A stretch of DNA of 64,000 nt from Vermamoeba vermiformis. Its lineage: Eukaryota. The DNA lies in contig JBEWZL010000216.1 of assembly GCA_045837725.1 (NCBI GenBank), forward strand, positions 124,001 to 188,000. Direction: 5' to 3'. A model generated the notes under the pieces. It saw only the letters and a list, made by a program, of their open reading frames with translations. It searched no databases and was not told where the DNA came from. Shown piece after piece: positions 53,877-64,000 of the stretch. Made by a program: the position numbers and the translations under genes. The stretch's first letter is position 1. Every line of letters begins with the position of its first letter.

Positions 53877-54033
53877 AAGAATTAATCTTGTATTTTGTAC
53901 TAACGCTGTTCAATTGCTAAATTTCAATTCTAGATCTGTAGTTTAAATTCGTGTTTAAAAAAATAAATTTAATTAAATTAGATATTTCTTTAGCCGTTTA
54001 TTATATCTTCTTCCGCCCTGCACTTTATTTCTC

Positions 54034-57000
54034 CTATTGTTTATTCGATTCTGGCCAGTCTGGTAAAACCTTTCTAGTTTGCTGTGCGCCTTGCTTTTCG
54101 GTTCGCTTTTCTTCAATATGCTGTTCGTCTTCTTCAACAACTCCTCTTGCAAGTGAATTTAGGACGCTTAACGGATAAAATTTCGGTTTCACTGAGGCAA
54201 TAAGTTAGTTACGATAGCAGTGAGATTAATAAGTATTATAGACGCACAATAGGCCTCGATTGTTGGCAACATGTCAATCGGCGCTTTTCCTCGGTTATTT
54301 TTTACTGAAACCGACGCTCCTTTCTGAGAAGTAAAAAGTTGTCAGATTCAGGATCCAACGTGTTTGTGAAAGCGGATTAACCCTTTAAACTATAAGTGTT
54401 TGTTATTGACTTACCTTAAGCAGCTGAGTAATTAAAATGTCGCCGTTAGGATATTTACTGCATAGGAGTTGCAAAGGAGTGTTTCCGTCGGAGTCTTGGC
54501 AAGTCACTGAAGCACCAAGTTCGATGAGCAATCGTGCGTAACCTAAAGAAATTCGAGGAATTTCTGATATGCTAATGAATAGTAGCCGTCAGTCACTATA
54601 TATGAATAAGATATGAGGTGACTTACGCTACACTTAAGGGAGAACGAGTGGTCGCAGGATTGACGTTCAAACGGAATCCAGTAACAAATTTTCCAAAGCA
54701 ACTGAAGCTCAACGACTTGATCGCGTAATGAATTGATGTATTTCCAAAATCATCAACATTATTAAACGCTTCTATAATCTTTTTTCGTTCTTCCAACGAC
54801 TTTTTCAAAACGGCGTTGTGGATGTACTTGAAACTCGTGTCGCAGTTGATTAAATGACCGACAGATCGTCCCATGTTGTCAAGATGCGATAAATCTAAAA
54901 GATACTATTAACACTTTGTTACTAACGTTGTTGTTTAGACTTACCAATTTTGGTCACGTGATCTTCGAGCAGTACTCTGATGAGTCCTTGATTGTTAGTC
55001 AACAGTGCGTTGTGTAGCGGCGTCAGGCCTGCCTTGCTAACATGTACGACATTGGCTCCTCTCTTCAACTGGCAAGCCAAATCCTGAGTTGTGGGCATAT
55101 GTTGAGTGAATAACGCTGTTTCGCCGTGAACATTTTCAACGTTAATGTCCTCGAACGAATCTGGAATTTCACTCCAGTAATCTCTTGCAATATGAAGAAT
55201 TGTGTTATTATGAGAATCAGTGTCCTTTAAATTGCCTCCTATAAGATAATACGATGAGTGATACTTTCAATCGAGAGTACGAAAATGACGCGTGTCAAGT
55301 GTCAAAATGTCAAAATGTCATTCGACGCAATTAGAGTGCTGAGGTGAGTAACTAATTCAAAGTGTCAAAATGTCAAAATGTGTAAACACTAACCAATTGT
55401 TAAGACTTTCCATCCATTTCTCGGGTTTGCACTGGCAATCTCCATAAACGGAGTTGTCACAATAGCGTTTTGAAGATCTTCTTTGCGGAAATTGATGTCC
55501 GCTTTGTGCTTCAAAAGCATCTTCACTATCGGCGTGCTAACGTTACGGTCAGGCAAATGATGTGCCTTCCAAAGTGCGTGATCGATACCAGGTCCATAAA
55601 GATTCGGCTAATAAAACATCAATAAAGTCATTATTGTAAAAAAAAATTTTGAAGTACGTACATCCGCGCCAGCTTCTAAAAGGGATCGAACAATTGCTGG
55701 AGAAGGGTTCTGATCCAAAACTCGAAGCAATGGAGTATAGCCTTCATCGTCCATGTGATTGACGTCAAAACCAAATTCTGAAATGATTTGTGGCAGCGAA
55801 TCCACTGTGTCCTTATCCTGCGAGAGAATTGCCTTAAATAACAACGTTTTGTTTCCGCTTAGAGGCGCGTAGATATCATAGCCGTAGTCAACGAGTGCCT
55901 ATTGTAGCAATGAGAATTTAATTTTTAGTGGCGGATCTGATCTGTAACTTACATTCAATATTGCGGGAGTAAAATCCCACGGAATATTTTTTTGAAATTG
56001 AGTCATAAAATTAGATCCTGTGGCAATTAAGTTGTTCAAGAGAACTGCTAACTCTTTAGAAGACTCGATTTTTCTAAATAATAGCGAGATCCAGGTGTCA
56101 TCTTGTATGCAGTAACCAGCCTCGAGAAACACTAATGATATTTGTAATTGAGTAATTAGTGATAATGGGATTAGGTACTAACGGTTAACTAAGTTTTCAT
56201 CGCTTCTGTTGGCCACTAAATTGTATACATTACAGCCACTAAATAATTGTCAGATCCAGCGACAACGATCAATTTTTGCCTTACTTGTCTGCCTTCACTT
56301 CCAAATCGATATTCAGCGGCAATAAAATTTCTAGGAATAAATCACTGGGACGTTCTTTAAATATGATGTGGATAGGCATAACTCCGTTGTTATTCGGCGC
56401 GTGCAACAAATCACGAAAGTCATCCAGATCTGCAAATCTCTGCTTTGCAATCTCGAATAATCCGTCCGTTTTGTCTTCTGCCATCAAATGGAACACTATA
56501 ATACGTATGAAGTGTCATTAGCAATTCACTGAAAAGATTTCATGAAAGCAACTTACGAGTATCGCCGGTCGAAGTACGCATGGAAAAATCAACGTCGGCT
56601 TTACTTATGATGTGCTTTACGACATTGTTATCCCTCAATGAAGAATAGCACTCAAAGAATGTTCGGCCATTAATCTATAAGGTACAATTAATTAATCAGG
56701 GTCAAATTTTGCCGATCAAGATCGGATCTGTCTTACCATCAAATTAACATCAAGTCCCTTCGCTAATAAATAGTCCATAAATTGTTCATCGTGCATATTT
56801 TCGTCTAATATGAACGGATGAGTGCTCACGAAATTGGAATGTGGATCATGGCGAGCGTCAATGCACCGATCAAATTCTTTTGGAAACTTGTACGAGCCTA
56901 TTTCGTCTTCTAATGCAGTATAACCATTATCTAAGAGGAATCTGGCTGCTTTTAATCTTCTCCAGACAACGGCACGGCCAAATAATGACTGAAATAAAAA

Positions 57001-58065
57001 GTTTTAGATTTAGATCCAACAGTTTTTTAACTATGGCAATTACCGAAGTTTTGTATCCATAGAAGCAATATGGCTTGTTATTTTTTTTGAATTGGGCGGC
57101 GAATTCGTTCAGCTTTTCGTTATAGATCAAGTTAAACAGATCGATCACAACGTGAACGTGTAATTTTTTAGCTTGGAGGCGTAAAGCTTCAATTGTAAGG
57201 GCCTTATCTTCACAGTTTGGAATCGGTAAGTACATCTCCTATAAAATTATGCGCTTAGTTAGTTGAAACGTCAGAGATCTACATCCTAACCTCCAGATTC
57301 GGCGCAATTTCCTTGCACGACGGAATAATGCTATTCCAATCTGAAAACTTAGTGAAATTAACAGATGAAATAAATATCTTTCGGAGATTTGTCAATATCG
57401 TGTTAGGTGGCAACTGCGCGGTTAATTTGTAAGCTGCTAGCGTTTCTAGGTTCGGGAAACATTCGGCAAATTCTGCTAACGACCTCGGGACTATTTTAAT
57501 ATGTTAGTTAGATGCTTCAAAACAATTATTGCACTTACCCGTGCCACATCTGTAATGGATGACGTTTGTACGGGGAGTCATTTGGGGAGGGATTGATAAT
57601 ACGATCGTATTGTCAGTGTCTATAAACGTTCTTGCGCTGTTGATTGCGTTAACAAAGCTGATTACTTTGTTGGAGTAAAGTATCGACGAAAGATCCAGTT
57701 GCGAGATGTGACATTGAAATCCTATCCAGGAAGGATTTACTTTTTTGGCATTGGATGCATAATCTGAAAGCGATAGAACGTCGACAGGGCATTGTACGAC
57801 CAGCGCTCTTGGAAAAAAATGTCAACAAAATAAAAAATTGCAATTATTAATTGTTTAATTGTTCTAGTTACCGCCATAATTTGGACACTCGGGATATTTT
57901 TATTCTCTTTTGAAATGGAATATAACCAAGAATTATTACTTGTATCTCTGCTGGCAACTCGTCAAAATATTCTAACCCTCTCGAATCCAATACTTCTGAA
58001 CTGATAACGCTGCGGTATGTAACCTCCGCAGCTTTGGTTTTATATGTGCCCTTTCCTCTTGGCAT
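54034..58065 (-). CDS. F-box + ankyrin-repeat protein, multi-exon
   Basis: N-terminal F-box FDELPAEIQVIILGYIPFQKRIKISRVSKLWR. Ankyrin repeats DDEGYTPLL, GLTPLHNAL, DDFGNTSIHYA and DSDGNTPLQL. Confidence 0.82.
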
Positions 58066-58379
58066 TGTTGCTGCAGGCGCAAAATTTAAATGAAAATTGC
58101 AGTTTTGGCGGCAAGTTTTGATCAGATCTTTTATGACACGTGCGACAGAATTTCTTAAGATAAAAATCAATTAACAAAATATTAGTATAACCATTATAAG
58201 AAATTTTTTTACAAGCGATATCAGGAATTAAGCTTTGAAATACCAAGTACCGCCAATTACGATCCAAGATCAATTCGTCAGAAACTGACACTTTAAAACA
58301 AAATAAAAGCGAGCATTAATAACGAATTGATTTTTCAATATTTTAAAGATTGAATTTAAAAATACAAACAGGTGTTTTT

Positions 58380-61300
58380 TTAGTGATTATTTTTCTTTGC
58401 CGCAGTTTGTTCTTCTTTGATTTTATCCGCTAAAAAGTATAAATATCAGCATATTAATCCTCAATAATAAAATAACTCGTATTCTCTTTACCTTTAATGC
58501 TCAAGTGCTTCGATAACTTCTTTCGACGCGTTTTTTCAAGCAGAGCAGATCCTTCGGATAACGGCTCTTCGGATGTTTTGGACTCCTAAATACCGTCATT
58601 AGAATACGCTAGCCAGCACTGTCCATAGTAAAAAAAGCTAGATCCGGATCTGCTTCAACAGTTGGATGTACACGTTGAGCAGAGATTAAAGCGAAGTAAT
58701 ATATTATAATATGTTGTTACTTACTGCGAGAGATGTCTTAACTGGCTCGCTTGAAGTAGATCCGGTCGAAGAACGCAGATCTCCAACTTCGGATGAACTA
58801 TCCGAAATGCCATCATTGGTGTTCTTTCTCGACAAGCCCTTACGTCCAGAAATACTTCCGCTAGTCTTACGTGAGAGCGTAATGACAATGTTTGACTCGG
58901 GATTGCCGCTAGAGCGAAGACCGCTTGGACTTGGTGGTGGCTCGAGGTTCTTCGGCGACGGTTTTTTCAAGATCTCGTCACAAGTCTTCAACAACTCACT
59001 GTCAAACATCTCGGTCTTGTGGTCTATGAACAATTGAACGATTCTAAAAAGTTGTACAGTAGTTAGTTTCGTTGTGTAACGACTCAAAAACTATTGCGTT
59101 GACCAAATTTTGACCAACACATTTTAGCTTCCTTAATGAATGAAACGTACCTGTTAACTCTAGTGACATTAAACTGGGTATCTTTAGTCTCTTCAACGGG
59201 TTTCAATAAGTTTGAAGCGAAGACAATGGCCAAGTTCGCTGAGTGCATGTGGCTCTTTTCTGACGATAGACTAATCTAAAAAAACAATCAAATATTAATA
59301 ATAGTCCTTATTTATACGTATAATGCCGATAAAACGTACCTTTGATAAGAAATGAGCGAGGAAGGCTAAATTTCGAATGTTGTCCTCTGGCAAAGTATGT
59401 ACAAGCTTCTTGACGTTAGCAATCGCTTGTTTCTCATCGTTATCGTCTATTATGTATCAAGTTAGTACATTATAAAGCAAACTTTCAAAATAAACTTAAA
59501 TTTTTCAACGAGATTGCGCGAGATTTAATTGAAAGAACAGTCTAGCCGCTAATCTCCAATACTCAGATTAATCTACTTACCAGCTTTCATGAACTCGGGG
59601 TACAGTTTGTAAGTCAATAATGGCTCGGGCAGCTCACGGAAAAATTCTTTCATCATCGAGGCTGAAGTGTGAGGCCCAGCCATAATCAACGTACTAACGT
59701 TACCCTCGCCTCTATCAAAGATAGCCTTAGTCTCTTTAATATGCTGAGCGTTGCCGCTGACGCGGAAAAGGCCTTCAGTTTCGGGGTTGGTTCCGTCAAG
59801 CAAGAACTCGGTGCAGCACTTGACAACGAATGGAATGCCATCAATTGCATCATCGCGACGACACAGCTCTGAAAGCTCAAGGCCAAAGACTAGTAGAGCA
59901 CATAATTAGCATTAGAAACTGATAGCTTCTATTACTCTACGTACCTCGTCCTTCAAGAGATGTCTGCTTCATGGCAGCTTGAATCAACGGCGACAGCTCT
60001 TTACGCTTTTGTGGGTTCGGCATTGCTACGAGAACCTTCTTGCCCTTCGTTGTGAACTCGAAGGAATCTAAATCAAAGTGTTAGTTGCATCCAAACGCGT
60101 ACAAATGAGCGTCAAAGGTGCGTGGTCACACGCGTCTTTCAGGATATTTTTATACGTACCAGCATCAACCTCTTTCATCGTGGCATCCTTAAACTCAATA
60201 TTCATCTTGTGTTTATACGAGATGGACTTAGTCTCAGGCTCTTCGGTGACTTTGGCAATGATCATCATGTCCGACAACAGGAAGTACGTGCGCAGCTTTT
60301 TCTTCATTAAAAGGTCTCCACGGTTGATCAACTTCCTTCGGCTCTTTACTGACATCTAAATGTAATGGAGTTAACCACAATTAACAACCTAAAAAATATT
60401 TGGTACTTACGGGAATTTGATAGCCGTTCAGTTTTCTGTTAATCTCAAGTAGTGCAACACTATTTTTATCTCGTTAGTCATCGAATTCTTGATATTTAGG
60501 CAAATAGACTTACGTGTCGGCAGAACGTTCTTGTATCGAATCAAGATTCTTTTGTAACCTTCGCATGGACTCCAACAAGTCTTTCTCATTGTTTACTACT
60601 TTAAAGAACTCCTCTACGTTGAAAAACTTGTAGTCTTGCAATTGTTCTCGTGCAGGGCTGGCTTCGATCATTTGCTATAGGTACGTGTTAGCGACCGATA
60701 AAACATCGTTACTGTATCAAAGGAACGTACCTTAATGTACAAAATATAGTTTGGAATTTGAACGAATGGTGCACGCAACAAATCTTCTAAGTTGATTGCC
60801 TTAAAGTCGCTATCTTCTTTCGACTGCACGGCGAAAAAGTTAGTCGGATCTAGAACATGTCAACTACTAGTGTACACATACCTGATTAAGGAAGTCATTC
60901 AAAGTTTGGTTATTGACTTTAGACCGCGTCAGCAGCTCAATGGAATAATTTCCGTGCTGAACATATGTCTCGTAGATATTGTGGAACTTTGGTAACATGA
61001 CGCGGAACACGGAACTCAACGACGGTGATTTTGCTTGTTGTGAATATGATTGAAGCTCCAAATACATCACTCGATGGAGTTCTGATAGTTCTTCGATGTT
61101 TTGGAAAATCAAGCTCACATCTACCGGATCAATTTTTGTTTGACCGACTTTGGAACGGTAGATCAGCGGTTTGTAGTAGAACTTTAAGGCCATAAATATT
61201 AGTCCTAAAAATAATACAATGTCATAATAGTACTTACCGCAACAATATTCTGTAATCGATCAAAGTACTCTTTTTCGGCTTTCATGGCTTGACCGAAGAT

Positions 61301-63601
61301 CTTGTTTCGCGGTTGCATTAAACCTGAAATCGACGTTAGATTAATGTCATAATATTATGAACTATCATAATACTTACGATAAACTTCTAAGTTCTTTTTC
61401 ACTAAGAAACTTCTTGCAAAGCTCTGAATAACAACAACGTTCTGGATCTTCTTTTGATACTCAATATGCTTTGTAGCAGTAGTAATAATATCGTTCTAAT
61501 AAATAAAAAATCGATTAGAACTATTGGTACCGCAAATAACGCTAAAAAAAGCATGCGTTACTCACCAACTTTTCGACACGTGCCAAGCCTTGCATTCTCT
61601 TATTATCTTGCGAGTACTTGACGACTGTATCGAAGACGACACGCTGTTCGTCTGATGGAATGCCAAGCACTTCAAAAGCTGTGCTAAGGATGTGATGCAT
61701 CGATCGATCGTCGCTCTAACCACGATAAAAATTAGTCCCAAGATGGTCAGAGCAGCGAAGAATTGCAAAGATTGACGATATTGTCGTGTAATACAGTACT
61801 TATACGAGCAAATTAATATATTTGGAAACTATTACGGGAAAATAACGGAACTTCATAAAATAATTCCGAATTCAATTTCCGAGAGATGGCTCGGTAATTA
61901 AGTCATGTATATTATGCGCAGGTAATTAAGATTGAAATTATCGAATTAACTCGTCCATAAATGAATCACTAAGCAGACTGAACTTACCCATTCAGTTTGA
62001 AGTCGCTTTTGTTCTTCAGCTTCTTCAGGCGTTTTAGCCGCAGGAAAATGAATGGTACTAATAATTAACAAATATTAATTCATGAAATTAACATAGAAAG
62101 CGCGTCTCTATTTTTAGCGAATTTTTTCATTAATTTCTTTTGTTTTTGACGTGATGCTAAGACAGCGCTGTATATAATCATCAATCGCTTACCAATCATC
62201 GAGCTGTTTTTTGGCACGCTCTCCAGATCTATAGAATAAGTTGTTAAGTCATAAAGTCAAAACACGTAGTTGGGTGAACCAGCGGATCTACAACAACGAG
62301 CTCCGTGTTCCGATCGTGTTATAGCCTCGGAGTGCACTTATTATTGTTGTAGGTCCCAAGCCTTTATATATGGTAGGAAAAAATAACAGTCACCTACATG
62401 GATTAACAAACTTATGCAAAACTTTGGCATAAGTTTTGCAATGCGTAAATGTGCGGTCAACACTGGTCAACCACCAGAAATTTGGCTGGTCGTTGCACGT
62501 TTTGTTGCGAGTCGCGCATCGAGATGAGCAACACCAAGCAACACGTTAAGTTATATTTTTGAAAAAATTACTGTTACCAGCTTCGTGGATGAACCAATAG
62601 TCACTGTCACATTATGAAGATCTTGTTGGTGACAGGCAACCGGATTTGGCTTATTTAAATTCGTGTTAGTATTCTCTCACTTCCTTAGACACCAACAACT
62701 TATTTTATTTCATTTTTTATTATTTTTGATGGTGTAGAATAGTGCTGTAATGCAGACCGCCATTCGTGCGTGACACGGACAGATGAGCTAAATTTTCCCC
62801 CCGTAAATCGCTACACAGCCCTCTTTTTTCATATTTCAATAACATATTGCTTGTATAATATGCCAATGAGGAATATTAATTGAAATTGTAGACTTTTTGA
62901 CCATGAAGTTTTGATCGAGATCGTTTTTTTTGATTATTATTCGAAAAATTAGAAAACCACCACAATAGTCAAATTCATCATCAGTTCCAATATATTTGTA
63001 ATTTGTATGTATAGTCCATCGTATGGGAGGGTTCAATAAGTAATGCGTGCCCCTGGAGCAAAATTACGTAGTCCGCTGGATCTCGGGATCGTGGGATGCA
63101 TCTCCCGGGCTCAACATGTCTGTGTCCGGTAAATATTTAGACAATTTTCCCAGCATCAAAGCATGCTTGTGCACGTCGAGAATGCCAAGACAGTGCCTTG
63201 CATCTTGGGCAAAGCAGCAAAATTAAATTTCATTGTTGCAGATCTGAATCTCACCACGAGATGATTTTTAAACAAAACAAATTATAGTAAACACAATTAT
63301 ATATTGCATAAGACGCTAATAAATTGTCAAATACACTAAAGGTGCAGGTGCAGGCAAAAACGAATTAGGTTTGGCAAGATTGCAAAAGTTTCGCAAAATT
63401 TTTGCCAATCGTTTTGTTTTTTTGTCAATTTCTGTGGTTGCGAAACTTTTGCCAAAGTTTTGCATAAGTTTGTTGATCCACGTAGGTGACCGTTATTTTT
63501 TCCTACCTTATATATTAAGTGATGTTGAACGTAACCACTTACCCTCCCATTGCTCCGTCTTCCTTCGAACCGCGTCGCTTGTCTTTGGATCCAGTTGAAC
63601 T
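58380..63601 (-). CDS. IQ + RhoGEF (DH) + PH + RhoGAP protein; 5' end not resolved and may extend beyond the window
   Basis: IQSFARSFLVKK; DH (AEKEYFDRL, LIFQNIEEL, LLRAPFVQIPNY); PH (RRKLINRGDL, YFLLSD); GAP (EGLFRVSG, KEFFRELPEPLL, MHSANLAIVF). Exon 63601-63543 splices in phase 2 to the exon at about 62228. Confidence 0.85.
62365..63514. mobile_element. Non-autonomous DNA transposon / MITE-like element with ~77-bp terminal inverted repeats
   Basis: 62365-62441 is the reverse complement of 63438-63514 with 6 mismatches. Both ends finish in TATATA, compatible with a TA target duplication. It lies within an intron of the RhoGEF/GAP gene. Confidence 0.85.
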
Positions 63602-64000
63602 CTATTAAGCGCAGGATTAGAATCTCGTTATTAAGCGTGATTAACAATGCGTGTATAATAAAATTCAATCGTTAAAGAGCTGTTTCATTGCAACTGCCAG
63701 TTTGTGTAATGGGCCCAAATCTGCCACATGTTTGTTGCAAGTTGTTCCTGCTTTACGTGCATAGTATTTCGAATGCTATTATGTTATATTTTTTCTTATT
63801 ATTTGCTCATTTTATCATTACGATTGTTTGTTCGAATACACAGCGAAACAATTTAATCCGGAATAAAACACGCTGTAAAATATCAAAATTGCAAAATAAT
63901 GGCCATTTAATTAATTATTAATAGAATATATCATATTTAGGCCTTAAACATGCCCTAAAATTAAATTTGACCAGATTTACAGTGCAACGCTGTTACATAA

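Noticed and set aside
62836-63270. Possible transposase remnant inside the TIR element
   Set aside because: Only short broken frames are present, with no convincing DDE or HTH motif.
1-64000. Alternative genetic code or prokaryotic/viral origin to explain the short ORFs
   Set aside because: ORF breaks coincide with canonical spliceosomal introns, and genes end in TAA, TAG or TGA under the standard code.

Overview
AT-rich (roughly 35% GC by eye), gene-dense and intron-rich eukaryotic DNA. It uses the standard genetic code, with short GTAAG/GTACG...CTAAY...YAG introns. The gene repertoire (tyrosine-kinase-type receptor kinases, divergent actins, an IQ-DH-PH-RhoGAP, 7TM proteins, an S28 peptidase) suggests a free-living protist, probably an amoebozoan; this is inference. 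About 26 gene models can be assembled by hand from the fragmentary ORF track. Main points: (1) RGATCY/GATC sites recur with an apparent period of about 140-145 bp through introns and exons, a chromatin-scale signal that the gene content does not explain. (2) Four receptor kinases have nearly identical kinase exons but strongly diverged ectodomains. (3) Two non-coding palindromes recur, TGACACGTGTCA and TTCASTGAA. (4) A 1.15-kb element with terminal inverted repeats sits inside an intron. (5) Three tandem EGF-7TM genes are present, the third broken by two frameshifts. (6) Five cullin-adaptor-like genes are present, some with C-terminal F-box-like motifs. (7) Two divergent actins are present, one lacking the Q137/H161 equivalents. 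Exon boundaries, family calls and counts were made by hand, without database searches.
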